A DNA stretch of 63,320 nt, counting the filler, from Octopus bimaculoides (Eukaryota), in assembly GCF_001194135.2 (NCBI RefSeq). It is 8 parts of 7 records of this genome, joined end to end, with 100 filler letters (N's around TTAATTAATTAA, not from the genome) between each part and the next. Parts side by side here need not be neighbours in the genome. Positions count along the whole stretch, not along the records: positions 1 to 18,972 come from NC_068981.1; 7 more parts are not named here. One strand, 5' to 3'. Within the stretch, counting starts at the first letter, position 1. Every line of letters begins with the position of its first letter. The translations under genes were made by a program, and so were the position numbers. Below are positions 1-12,328 of this stretch, one piece after another. The notes below the pieces were generated by a model. It worked only from the letters and a program-made list of their open reading frames with translations. It made no database searches and was not told the origin of the DNA.

Positions 1-479
1 TGCAGATTCTTCTGGCTAATATATGTAAATTTATATCGCAGACTCCTCAGTATATCACAGGTTTCTGCAGTTGATAGGTATTTATATTCTTTTAGATTTT
101 AATGATTTCTGTGGTAAAATAAGCACTTTCATGCCTAAAAATTAATAAACTAATAAATAAAGATACAGTACATCTATTCAATTTGACGGACAGATTTTTT
201 TATTAATTTTTTTTTTTAACTAAATAGTTTGAAACTTCAGATACTCGTAGAATGTGTCACATAGAACAGGGTTTACTCCTAACGTTTTTGACAAAATTTT
301 GTATTTTAGAAGTTATTTCGTGTTAGAGTTGTTGTATTTGGGTAATTTTAAACAATCAATGACGTGTATTCAGCTGAAGAAACTTACTGCTGCTGTTAGT
401 TTTTCCTCATTCCTGCTCAACTTCACACTCCTCATTCCTCATCCTGTCCATCCATGTCACACCAACCATAGCCCTCAAA

Positions 480-1200
480 CCTCTCGTCTCAAACAAATCT
501 AGTCACCTCTCTCAGCCCCCACGTCTCTGTACCATATAACATTGTTGGCACAATCACACCTTTATACACACCTCTTTTCACTTTCATACTCAACCTTTTA
601 TCTTATACCTTTCATCACTCCCAGTATCTTACTCCCCTCCCTCACTCTATATCCCACTTCTTCAACCCCCCCCCCCAATCCACCGTCACATGTGATCCCA
701 GAAACTTTAAAACACTCACCTCCTCTAACATCTCACCATTTATACTCACATCCATCCTACCAGCCATTCCATCTCATCATCACCTTACTCTTATCTGCAT
801 TCACTTTCAGTTTCCTCCTCTCACACACTCTTCCAAACTCTACCACCAGTCTCATCAGTTGCTCTTCCGAATCTGCCACCAGTGCTGTATCATCTGCAAA
901 CAACGACTGACCTGCCATTTTCTCCCACCATTTGAGCTCCCCTACCAAAAGCTCTAGCATTTACTTATCTCACCACACCATTCATATATAAATTAAACAG
1001 TCACCTTCACATCAAACCACTCACTCACTTCACCACCCACCCTAACACACACCCTACTTTCTCTATGAAAACTCTGTACAGCTCTCAACAATCTACCATC
1101 TACTCCATACAACCGCAACACCTGCCACATTGCATCCCTATCCACATGGTCATATGCCTTCTGTAGGTCCATAAAGATCCAATACACCTCCCTCCCTTTT
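480..1200 (-). mobile_element. Degenerate RTE-clade LINE, reverse transcriptase fragment
   Basis: ORF 993-1187 has FMDLQKAYDHVDR...VRVGGEVSEWFDVKV. ORF 757-960 has LFADDTALVADSEEQL...LKVNADKSKVM. These are RT motifs, with the PQG region missing between them. Confidence 0.85.
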
Positions 1201-2772
1201 AGGAGAGTTGGTTGCTATTTCTAGCAGGTCAAGTCAGTATGTAGGCACACTTTCACCTTACTTTGTTTCGTTGACTATTATTGTTGACCTGACCAAATGT
1301 GATACATTCAGAGCTTTAAGTCTGTTTGTGAGTCATTTTGATTGCAAGATTGCCTTGTGTATGATCTCTTCACAATAAACTATAAATAAACACCAAATAG
1401 AGCCCCTGGCATCATCACTGGCAGAAATAAGTAAGTCGGAGAAGGGAGGGCAAAATTATTAACTGGGGTAAAATAAGTTATTTCTGGTTTCTCATTACTT
1501 TCTTCCTAACTGTTTGAAATGATTACATTGCATGTATTGTATCATCATTTTGTATTGCTACATCATATTTAGGAGTAAAAATTGGTTAGCATAGTTGTTG
1601 TTGTTGAATTTGAGAGAGTCTGAAACATAACTAGTTGACATGTACTTGTATTTTCAAGAAATTTTTCTGCAACTTTACCCCAATTGTAATTGAGGCTGCT
1701 AATTTTATGCCCTAATTGTAATTGAGGCTGGATAATTTTTTGTGTTTCTCCATCAATATTCTTTTCTCTGTTGGATTCCAAGTCAATTTTTCCCACACTC
1801 ATATCTAATTTGATAATTTTCAAGTTCCCCCAAAAATGTCTAAAATGGGATAACATGAGTAATGACTAATTTCAATTATCTGTTCTTTTTAACTGCATGG
1901 TGTGTTAATATATCACAAAGAGAGACACTCCAGCAGATCATGAAGAAGTTAGAGAGAAAATTTTATGTTCAGCTTTTTTTTTTATCTAGTCGAGTTTCAT
2001 TAATTTCTTATTATGTGCCATTTTCCTCGGAGTCTCTTTTATTTGACCTAGATATTAATTTTTTTTTTCCATTTCTGATCTTTCTGATGTCTAAGGATGG
2101 ATATTGATGTGTACGAGTCTGTTTACAAATGTTATTCTGAAGGATTAAAGAGCTAAATTTACCCTGTCTTGGCATACTCATTTTGCCCCAGCCAAATTTC
2201 TCTTTTATATGCTCAAAGAGAATGACGGTAAAATTCTGAAATAGTGGTCCAGATTATGTTATAATGTTTTTAATGCATTTAGAAAAGGTCGTTTGCTTAG
2301 CTGATATAGTTTTTGTAAGGTAGTAAGCATTTGTAAAAATATATTTTGTCTCAAAGTTAAAAATGCAGTAACACTCCTCCTTGTGCCCCACCTACCCCCT
2401 ATGTAGCTATGCTACCACCGTTGCCAGATGTTTATTGTCGTCTGCTGGTATACTTTGGGTTTTCTTTTTCTTTGGTCTTTTTAACATTAAATGTCAATAA
2501 GAGGTTTCTCGAGACAAATACCGCAGCTTTCAGACTTTCAATAATATACCTGCTTTAAATGTGATATAAATTGTTATTTTGAACTAATACTGCTTCCATT
2601 GCTAATAATGAATAATGGGTTTGTTGTGTTTTATATAATTTTACACCTTTCTTTTACAAGTTCTAGATTTCAAGCAAATAACACGACAGATGTATTGTAA
2701 ATTTTGCAAAAAGATCTTAATATCTAATACTTTTACCATCAAACATACCAAGGCAATTTTTCTGTTACTTAA

Positions 2773-2956
2773 ATAATAATCTTTTCTACTATAGGCACAA
2801 GGCCTGGAATTTGGGAGAAAAGATAGCCTATTGGATCGACCCCAGTGCTCAACTGGTACTTATTTCATTGATTTTAAAAGGATGAAGGGCAAAAATCACC
2901 TCAGTGGAATTTGAACTCAGAACTTGAAGACAGACAAAATGCTGCTAAACATTTTG
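2773..2956 (-). mobile_element. tRNA-derived SINE family A, CpG-decayed copy truncated by a TIR element
   Basis: Matches the copy at 17322-17517 (ctactataggcacaaggcc...gaatttgaactcagaac) with CG>TG/CA changes. Confidence 0.8.
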
Positions 2957-2959
2957 GGA

Positions 2960-3406
2960 AAGACTTCCACCCATCTCCCCCATTTTCTCCCAAATTTGTT
3001 TATTTTTTTTATTTTTTAGCCCAAAACCCTCATTTTCGGATATGGAGGTTCCGGAAATTTGCCAAAAGTTGACATTGTTAAATTACCCTGCTTCCACCTC
3101 CAAATTCTTCAATTTTGACTTTTTTCCCCAACACTAACCCTAAAACCATAACTCTAACCCTAAAACCATAATCCTAACCCTAAAACCATAACCCTAACCC
3201 TAAAACCCTAACCTTAACTGTGACCACAGAAATGTTTGGAAATTTTTGTCCAAATCATAATGTCCATATTTTTCCGCATATTTAGAAAAAAATTCTTAAA
3301 AACAATTTTACAAAATTTTTGGGAAATCCCTGTATTTTTCTGCATGTTTTGAAAAAAAAAAATTTTTTTTTAAGGGTGGTTTGTGTCGAGGACGGGCGGA
3401 AGTCTT
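2960..3406. mobile_element. Putative MITE with ~16-bp TIRs and an internal telomere-like 20-bp tandem repeat
   Basis: aagacttccacccatc (2960-2975) vs reverse complement of gacgggcggaagtctt (3391-3406). Four units of ctaaccctaaaaccataa at 3134-3218. Confidence 0.6.
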
Positions 3407-4342
3407 GNNNNNNNNNNNNNNNNNNNNNNNNNNNNNNNNNNNNNNNNNNNNNNNNNNNNNNNNNNNNNNNNNNNNNNNNNNNNNNNNNNNNNNNNNNNNN
3501 NNNNNNNNNNNNNNNNNNNNNNNNNNNNNNNNNNNNNNNNNNNNNNNNNNNNNNNNNNNNNNNNNNNNNNNNNNNNNNNNNNNNNNNNNNNNNNNNNNNN
3601 NNNNNNNNNNNNNNNNNNNNNNNNNNNNNNNNNNNNNNNNNNNNNNNNNNNNNNNNNNNNNNNNNNNNNNNNNNNNNNNNNNNNNNNNNNNNNNNNNNNN
3701 NNNNNNNNNNNNNNNNNNNNNNNNNNNNNNNNNNNNNNNNNNNNNNNNNNNNNNNNNNNNNNNNNNNNNNNNNNNNNNNNNNNNNNNNNNNNNNNNNNNN
3801 NNNNNNNNNNNNNNNNNNNNNNNNNNNNNNNNNNNNNNNNNNNNNNNNNNNNNNNNNNNNNNNNNNNNNNNNNNNNNNNNNNNNNNNNNNNNNNNNNNNN
3901 NNNNNNNNNNNNNNNNNNNNNNNNNNNNNNNNNNNNNNNNNNNNNNNNNNNNNNNNNNNNNNNNNNNNNNNNNNNNNNNNNNNNNNNNNNNNNNNNNNNN
4001 NNNNNNNNNNNNNNNNNNNNNNNNNNNNNNNNNNNNNNNNNNNNNNNNNNNNNNNNNNNNNNNNNNNNNNNNNNNNNNNNNNNNNNNNNNNNNNNNNNNN
4101 NNNNNNNNNNNNNNNNNNNNNNNNNNNNNNNNNNNNNNNNNNNNNNNNNNNNNNNNNNNNNNNNNNNNNNNNNNNNNNNNNNNNNNNNNNNNNNNNNNNN
4201 NNNNNNNNNNNNNNNNNNNNNNNNNNNNNNNNNNNNNNNNNNNNNNNNNNNNNNNNNNNNNNNNNNNNNNNNNNNNNNNNNNNNNNNNNNNNNNNNNNNN
4301 NNNNNNNNNNNNNNNNNNNNNNNNNNNNNNNNNNNNNNNNNN

Positions 4343-4357
4343 AACACAGACACACAA

Positions 4358-4408
<51 letters not shown>

Positions 4409-4577
4409 TACGACGGGCTTTTTTCAGTTTCCGTCTACCAAATCCACTCACAAGGCTTTGGTCAGCTCGAGGCTATAGTAGAAGACACTTGCCCAAGGTG
4501 CCACGCAGTGGGACTGAACCCGGAACCATATGGTTGGTAAGCAAGCTACTTACCACAAAGCCACTCCTACGCCTATA
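4343..4577 (-). mobile_element. tRNA-derived SINE family B, head and central domain
   Basis: Reverse complement of ggagtggc..tggtaagtagcttgcttaccaaccatatggttccgggttcagtcccactgcgtggcaccttgggcaagtg. Many related copies in the window. Confidence 0.85.
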
Positions 4578-5248
4578 TATAAGTTTCTTTGATATCTTTT
4601 TCTTTTTCACTTATTAAGTGACAAGACTTTTTGTTTAAGCCAAGACAGCTCTCAGGCTTTTTTATTGGTTTTATGAATAGGCTGGTATATGGAGAAGTGT
4701 GGGTGTGGTGTGCCATGCATGTGGATAACTTGCACACGTGTAGTGGGTGAACATGTCGCTTGTGATTCCATATGTGTGTAATTGTGTGCCTTTGTTTATT
4801 CAGGGCCTCATTTTGTTGAAATATCATTTTTTGTTATATCAATCCTGTATTATTTTCTTGTGAACATACTCATCCATACGCACACAGGCACACTCACTTG
4901 CACACACACACACATGCACGAGCATGCTAACAGGAAAGTTTTTAAAACTTGCTCGTTTACCAACACACTCTCCCTTTCTTTCTCATCCACGTAAACCCAA
5001 TCTTTTACGAATAATAAAAGTTAAGACAAATCGCATTACTTTCATTATCTAATGCTTTGTTTCCTCAAAATTCGCCAAAAAATCCTATCGAAAGATGAAG
5101 TTTTTGGAGATCGAGACAGCACATGGATGTTGAAAGTGACCCTTTTTCTGGACCGACAGGTAAGACTACCATAATTCTCTCTTCGCTTCCGTCTTTTTCT
5201 TCCTTTACATCACAAGCTATTTCGGCTCAAATGTAAAAAAAAAAAAAT

Positions 5249-6700
5249 GATGGGCATGGTCCGTGTTTCAAATGAGACGGTTAAGCCATTTTGTGGTGAG
5301 TGAGATGTGACTGCTTGGCTGCAAAAAATTGGTGGCAAGACTCCAAAGTATAGATGATCTAACAAGTTTTGTACTGTTATACCTCGATGGATCAGCGTTG
5401 GTGCTATACCTGGAAATGGAAGAGAAGGACCAGTTGAGCACAGAAAAAAATAGAAGCCCAGCTGATGGAGGCCTTCACAGAAGGTCCATTTATGGCATAT
5501 GGTTGACTGGGGAAAGCAAAGTGGATGGGCGAACAGGTCGCTGTGTTTGCCAATGAAATCAGCAGATTGGCTAGACTTGTGGGATATAGAGATTACACAT
5601 TAGAACAAACCGTAAAATTAGCCTTTGTGACAGGATTTCCTGACCACGTGTCGGTCGAGCTGCAAAAGCTGCCGAACATTCACTCTATGGCAATGGTAGA
5701 GGTAATATCTCGGGCCAGAGCCATTGTTTCGTGTTGCAGGACAACACCTTTGGCAGTGATTGCAAGACCGAGAACGGGTCAAACAAAGAGCGGTGGAGAG
5801 GGGTCAAACAAGGAACGTGCACAACCCTTCAAAGGGCAGTGTTTTCGGTGTCAGGATTTGCACATGGCGAGGGACTGTAGGGAACCCAGGCCTGGAGTAA
5901 TTTGCTATCAATGCAGACAGATAGGCCACATTGCTAGTGAATGCGTGCAGGGAAATGGTCAAGGGAAATTACTGCACCGGTAGTTGTCCCGTCGAAAGAA
6001 TAGAGGCGTGTTTACAGTCATTGCCAGTAGTAGAAGTCATGGTGAACGGAAAGTAGTCACGAGCCCCCATGGGCACAGGCTGCTCAACAACGCTAATGAC
6101 TCCAGAAGTGGTGGATGAATGGAGAGGAGTGAGTAGTGTAAGGGTTGTTGATGGTATGGAAGTTGAATGCAGAGGAAGTAGCGACGTGAAGACGGTGGTA
6201 CGAGGAACAAGATTCAGGTTGCGGGCTATTGTAATTGATGGCGTAGTGGATGGGATTAATGTTGTGATGGAGATGGACGCCATTGTCCGCTTGGGCGGTG
6301 TTATGGTCAATGAAGCCGGTGTAGTGTTCGGTGATGTGGGGGCGCTATGCGCTGTAAGTTCGCAACAGGAGAGTGGTGAGAGTTGTCAAGAAAAATATGC
6401 TGCACACACCAACACAGACAAAGATTTTTGAGCTGTGTTCGATGGCCGGCAGTGGACAGTGGAATGGCACTGGAAGGGAGATCCTCTGACATTGAAAAAT
6501 GCAGTAAGCTTCTATCAGCATACCCTGAAAGGGGATGCCAGAAGCGAGTTCGAGGGAGAGGTGGACCGGTGGATCAAGGAAGGTATTCTGATTCCTTGGA
6601 AGGAGGAAGTGAAGACTGGAGGTGCTACCGCTGATAGCAGTGGTGCAGCCGACGAAACATAAAGTCAGACCAGTATTGGATTTCCGGGAGCTGATCGACA
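5249..6700 (+). mobile_element. Ty3/gypsy LTR retrotransposon remnant: gag (two zinc knuckles), protease and RT N-terminus
   Basis: CFRCQDLHMARDC and CYQCRQIGHIASEC knuckles; protease motif decayed to GTGCSTTL; EVDRWIKEGILIPW and RPVLDFREL at the RT start. Stops and frameshifts present. Confidence 0.88.
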
Positions 6701-6711
6701 GGTCCTATTAG

Positions 6712-6802
6712 TTATACTCTTTTACTTGTTTCAGTCATTTGACTGTGGCCATGCTGGAGCACTGCCTTTAGTTGAGCAAATCGATCCCAGGACTTATTCT
6801 TT
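6712..6802 (-). mobile_element. SINE family B 3' tail fragment (opposite-strand partner at 7234-7280)
   Basis: ctttttacttgtttcagtcatttgactgtggccatgctggagcactgcc. Confidence 0.75.
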
Positions 6803-7885
6803 GAATTTTAAAAAATCATACGGATAATCCGAATCAGCCATTTGTTTCTAATTTCAAAATAATTTTCAGACGAAGAGTTGTGTGATTTAAAGGAGATTTA
6901 GCTGTTGTTTTTAATCCCACAACCACCTGATACTTTTCTTGTTTCTCAGTCACTGATATGCAATGAATGTTTTTCAATATTTTTCTCCTCATAAACACTT
7001 TGAATGGAATGATGGGATTTCAACAAAAGAAAAAAAGATTTTTGTCATTTGAATTTTTATCCCTATCCTGCACATTAGTGAGTGTGTGTATAAGAAGTAA
7101 AAAAGAAACATTTACTAACAGAAAACGGTGCTATTAAAATAAATTATCTTTTACATTGGTGTTATGGTTAGTACAACTAAAGGTTTGGGATTGATTCCCA
7201 ATAAGGTTCCACCACTCAAATACTGTTCTTTTTTAAGGCGGTGCTCCAGCATGGACGCAGTTAAATGACTGAAACAAGTTCTAAATGAATAAATAAATAA
7301 AAGAATACCTTTTTAAAATTATTATGGATAAATCCCAGCAATGACCTCATGCTCTCCAATATGTGTGTGATCATAACAGGTTAAGTCTAATCTGTAGGGA
7401 TTTCTGGGGATGGGAGAATGAAAAAATTTTAATTTAAGGAAACTTTAAATTTCTGAAAATACCAAATAGTAAACTCTTTATGACTGGTTACAAGGTGTAC
7501 TTCGATCCAGAATCTATAATAAGCCGTGCATATGCGCAAATATTTTTAACTTCTTGAATTTGGATTTCAAAAATTAACTTGAAATTATAAACATTAACAG
7601 ATGTATTCCCCCCTACTCCCTAAATTCCAAAACTTTCCAGTGTTTAAAAATTTTTATTTTAATTCTTGGATTTCGTAATAGAATTAATATGATTAGCCAA
7701 TAAAAGAATTTTTTAAAAAATATTTTACCCCACACCCCAATTCCCAAACTTTCATTATCGAGTCTTGCATATTTGCGTAAGAGAAAAACATTTACTAACA
7801 GAAAATTATGTTATTAAAATAAATCATCTCTAAAATACCTTTAAATTTTTACTGTTTCCAGTGTTTCTGGTTTTATTGATTTTAT

Positions 7886-8292
7886 TGTGCCATACGGGTG
7901 GTGAAGCTACAGACATTTGTAGCGAAACCTTGAGAGAGTGGAGGCAGATGACAGGGGCCTCCACAATCGTCGATTTGAAGTCGGCATACCTGCAGCTGCA
8001 TGTAGCTGAGAGACTGTGGAAATATCAGCTGGTAAGGTATAAGGGATGGATATACTGCCTGACCAGGTTGGGATTCAGGCTGAATTCAGCACCAAAGATC
8101 ATTGCGACAATTCTAAAGACCATCCTGGGAAAGGCCGACAAAGTGAAAAGAGCCACCAATTCCTATATCAATGACACCCTGGTGGATGAGAGCATAGTGT
8201 CAGCAAAGGGGGTCATAAGCCACCTGAAGAGTTTTGGGCTAACTGCCAACCCACCGGAGGCAATGGAAGGAGGAGCAGCCCTGGGACTCAAG
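7886..8292 (+). mobile_element. Ty3/gypsy RT core, continuation of the 5249-6700 element
   Basis: CHTGGEATDICSETLREWRQ...IVDLKSAYLQL...YCLTRLGFRLNSAP...SYIND (YIDD mutated). Confidence 0.88.
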
Positions 8293-8385
8293 CTTCAAGA
8301 TTTTGATGATGTGATTGTTTATTTTTAGAATGACATTGTAAGGTGAAAGGCCAGATCTAGCTGTTTAAACATGAGACTGGAAGAA
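8293..8385 (+). mobile_element. Internal fragment of the piggyBac-type MITE family
   Basis: caagattttgatgatgtgattgtttatttttagaatgacattgta matches the copy at 10638-10844. Confidence 0.7.
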
Positions 8386-8586
8386 TGTTTGTTTAAGTGC
8401 TAAGGGTTCAAGTAAGAGGGTTGGAAAAACTCATACTATGCCACTGGTCTATCACTCTGTTATTGTATAAATGGCACTATGTAATATAGCTCACATAAAT
8501 TTTGTTCCATTATCAAATACCTTTGTTTAAATATTGTAATATGAAACACTTCTTGATCATGTATCTTTAATAGAAGACACTGCACA

Positions 8587-8807
8587 TACAAGAGGGTGCT
8601 GAAAAGTTCCTGGTTTTAAGGGTATCAGGAAAGGTCTAGTTGTAAGCCCAACCTTCTGAGTTCTTTTGCAGGGCTTAGAAAAACCTATGGACTGCTGCAA
8701 TAAGTGTGTAAATCTAAGAGGGGAATGTGCTGAATAAAATCATAATTAACTGATCCTTCTGTATTTTCTTTTACCCAAAGCCAGGAACCTTTCTGCATAC
8801 CCTCGTA
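8587..8807. mobile_element. Mariner-type MITE (~220 bp, TA-flanked)
   Basis: tacaagagggtgctgaaaagttcctgg ... ccaggaacctttctgcataccctcgta inverted termini. Confidence 0.75.
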
Positions 8808-9619
8808 TATTAACAAAAACAATATTAACTAAAGAACAAGCTCCAACATGAACTATCAAATAAATCCAAACCGGACTGAGATTTTTGCACTTTATGAAAT
8901 GATTCTCTAAGTAGCACTTAATTCACTATTTATATTAAAGAGTGAAATAAGTTTAAAGATGAGTACTTTATAGGTTGGGCTTCATAAAGGATGCTAATAA
9001 TTATTAAAACAAGTCTCAGATCTGAAAAATAAAACCAAATTATTTAAATATAATAGTGTTGAGAAAGTCCTTGAGAAAAGTTTCCCAGTAAAACAATTGG
9101 TTTTAATATAAGTCAAAAGATTTTGGATGGAAGTTTTTTTGTCTTGCTTTGTGGTTCTAAATATTTTCTTTGGATTTCTGTTTTAATCATAACATATTAC
9201 AACTCAAATTATTTTTCAAAAATTATTATTTTTATCCTCTCCTGTTCATAACTTATTTATTTTTAATTATTTCCAATTATTTTTTCTCTTTCTGAATAAT
9301 ATGTTTTAAACATAGGAAATTAGAATTCTGCAGAAACATAATCTTTCAAAATTTCAGTTTATTTAATGTTTTATACACTGTCCCACCTCTGTCTCACTGA
9401 CCAAAATTGATTGTAGCAGACCATGTACCTGTAACTTTCTGTTATAGAGTTTATTAGTTTATTTATTTTTTAGTGTGTGTGTGTGTATGTACATGCATGC
9501 ACATGCGCACTTGTCTTCATATACCATGTGAGTTGTAAACAAGTGGCACTATCATACAAGCAGTATTTGTTTCCAATAGAAATGTGCCTGACTATAGTGA
9601 AGTACTACCTTCCTGAGAA

Positions 9620-9975
9620 CCAGGTAAGAATTGGCAACAGGAAAGGGCACTGGCTGTAAAAAATCTACCTCAACAAATTCATTCTGACTCATGAAAGCAT
9701 GAAAAAGTGGACTTAAAATTGATGACGATGGTGATGATGATGTATGTATGTGTGTGGATGGTATTCTTACTGAATATTGATGTATTCAAATAACCTTGAC
9801 TTCTAATCATCATTTAATATGGTTCCCATGTTGGCATGGGTTGGATGGTTTGACTGGGGCTGGCAAGCCAGAGGACTGCTCCAAGCTCCAATGTCTGCTT
9901 TGGCATGGTTTCTACAGCTGGATGCCTTTCCTAATGTTAACTTCTTTACAGGATGTACTGAATGCTTTTTATGTG
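9620..9975. mobile_element. Two tail-to-tail fragments of RTE-related 3' ends with (GAT)n tails
   Basis: + copy ends in gatgacgatggtgatgatg (~9740). The - copy starts catcatttaa..ggcatgggttggatgg (~9808). Homologues at 44484 and 60098. Confidence 0.6.
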
Positions 9976-10551
9976 GAACCAACAATAGCAAGGTTCTCAA
10001 GGAACTCACAAGTCAAGACAAGACCCCTCAACTGAGGGTGGTGGAGAGTAATACTGACAGAGGTGTCTTTATGTCAGGTGATGAAGAGTTGAAGTATGAT
10101 AGGGGGACAGGAGCAGGTGTCTTGTTGTAGGAGATATACATGGTTACCCCAGTTTGAAGATTAGAAGGATGGTGGTAAAGATGTTTCAAAGTAGACCCTT
10201 AAACAACAGGAAGGTAAATAGAGAGAAGTGGTATGGATGGGTAAGTAAATTGATGGGCATGTGAGAAGCAAATATGGCAGATGGATAGAAGTAGCTGCAG
10301 TGAGTGGTGAAAATGGGTGGAGGCAAAAATCAATCATGAATATGTTAGATGAGAAACTGGAGGATGTAGTTATGGATCAGGAAGCTAATAGTTGACAGCA
10401 AGTCTCAATTTAGATATCAACAAGTAGATATACTTATAAACTTGAGAGCTTTTCTTAGAAGTTTAGTTTAGGGGAAGGCTGCTTTAATCTAAGTATGCTA
10501 GCACTTTACTGTTCATATCCTATTTAAATTGAAATAGAAAACAAAGCTACT

Positions 10552-11260
10552 GGCTTGTGATGACCATTTGTACGAGCTGTATATAAAGATGCAGTAAGTA
10601 AAGTGACAGTCAACAATGATTTCAGTGACAAATTTAACCCTTTAGCATGTCAAATGTAATGATTATTTGTTCATATTGTTTTGACTTAATCATGAATTAT
10701 CTTGTAGCTCCAAGATTTTGATGATTGATTGTTTATTTTTAGAATGACATTGTAGGATAGGTGTGAGAGGTCAGATCTGGACAATCTGAACATAAAATGG
10801 TTAGAATATTTGGGCCAGATATGGTCAGTTTAAATGATAAAGGGTTAGCATGAAGGTAGAAGTCCTTAGTCCCCTCCTTTTCATCATATTCCTACATCCA
10901 TCATTGAGAAGTTTAAAATTGACTGTCTATGGGAACTCCTTTATGCTGATGATCTAGTTCTCATGGCTAAATATCTATAGTGGAATTAAAGAGGAAATTC
11001 CAAGCATGGCAGCTAAAACTAGATTTGAGAGGCCTCACAGTAAATTTAGCAAATACTATGGTTTTAATAAATAAGAAAGAAGACAGGATACTAAAATCTT
11101 TAGGGAAATTACCTTGCTTGATATGCAGAAAAGGAGTACATATAAACTCCATACACAGTACTCAATGTGAGCTATGGACACACAATAGTTGTAGTGTAAT
11201 CACAGACAGATGGATAAAGAAAGCAAACTTCATTTGTGAAGCTGCACTGAAGTATTTTCT
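10552..11260 (+). mobile_element. RTE-clade LINE RT fragment with a downstream Cys-rich module, interrupted by a MITE
   Basis: WELLYADDLVLMA, ELKRKFQAWQ...RGLTVNLANT, then GKLPCLICRKGV..QCELWTHNSC. Confidence 0.85.
10638..10844 (+). mobile_element. piggyBac-type MITE (~207 bp)
   Basis: TTAA|CCCTTTAGCAT ... ATGATAAAGGG|TTAG. A TTAA target with CCC termini is the piggyBac signature. Confidence 0.8.
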
Positions 11261-11442
11261 CTACAGGAATTGCAAAGACATCCATTTTTGTGTTTGCTGT
11301 CTTAAATGCAATGAACCTGTGACTGTCAGTTGTTAAAAATTTACAAAATACAATTTATTAGCAACATATACAAAGTAAAATAGTTTCTGAGATTTGAAAC
11401 TCTGTTGCAAAAGAGCACATAGGATAAGATATCCTGATAACT

Positions 11443-12328
11443 CTTTAACATTTAATCCATCCATATCTGGCCCAAATATTCTACCCATTTTATGTTCAAA
11501 CTGACTATATCTGGCCTTTCATACCTAATATACAATGGCATTCTAAAAATAAACTAGAAAAACACTCAGAAAGTGCAGACCTCCACCAAGCAGCTCATTT
11601 CCACCCTTATACATGCATGCTGAAAATTGTCCAATTTCCCAGACCAATGCCGGCAAAAACATAACCTCCTTGGTGGGGTTAAAAAAAAAATAACACAGCC
11701 ATATGATTTTTAAAAAGAACCCTTTAAAAACAGGCATCATCTGAAGCAGTTATAATACATTGATGACAACAGCAGCAGAGGGAGCAAAGCCTGAGATTTT
11801 TGAGTTGATCCCAATAGTCAAGGCTTATCATGTCATCCTCCACAAACCTCCGCCAAGCAGCTCATTTTAAGATAGATACACGAGTAAAATTACTAATAGA
11901 GAAACAAAAATAAACTTTGGAAACAGCAACGCCACCATAGGTTAAGTGGAAACGATGAACATGTTTTCAAGGGAGATAATCAATGAACGTAACATTGTAA
12001 TACTTCATGTAAAGTAAATATAACAAATGAAAAATCCTTCAAAAATCCATAAAAATCCACGGATCACTACTAAAATTTCATCATCTGTTCTTTGTATCAT
12101 TACCAACTTTTCTTGCAAGTTTCATCAAATACTGTTCACAACTTTTTGAGTTATTTTGCACACAGACGGACAAACCAACACCGATGAAAACATACCCTCC
12201 TTCCTTGGCAGAGGTAACAATCACATCACTGTAATCTTGAAGCTGCAAGATAATGCATGATTAATTCAAATCAATGTAAATAAATAAGCATTACATTTAA
12301 CAGAATGATCTGAACACTAAAGGGTTAA
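11443..12328 (-). mobile_element. Second piggyBac-type MITE split in two (11443-11553 and 12218-12328) by a nested insertion
   Basis: The halves rejoin as ..attctaaaaataaac|aatcacatc.. and end in ctaaagggttaa. Confidence 0.75.
11554..12217 (-). mobile_element. Composite non-autonomous Helentron/HINE (DINE-1-like) element
   Basis: Subterminal inverted repeats cctccaccaag / cttggcagagg, a 3' small hairpin followed by CTAG, and duplicated end motifs at 11656-11682 and 11847-11867. Confidence 0.6.

Noticed and set aside
1-80. Possible exon end with a GT donor at the window start
   Set aside because: Too short, no recognisable protein and no acceptor visible.
3134-3218. True telomere or chromosome end
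   Set aside because: These are 20-bp composite units inside a TIR-bounded element, not a pure (TTAGGG)n tract.
3282-4478. Long X-containing ORFs here and across the other gaps (e.g. 42297-43434, 49794-50751)
   Set aside because: They are read-through of N runs and dinucleotide repeats, not genes.
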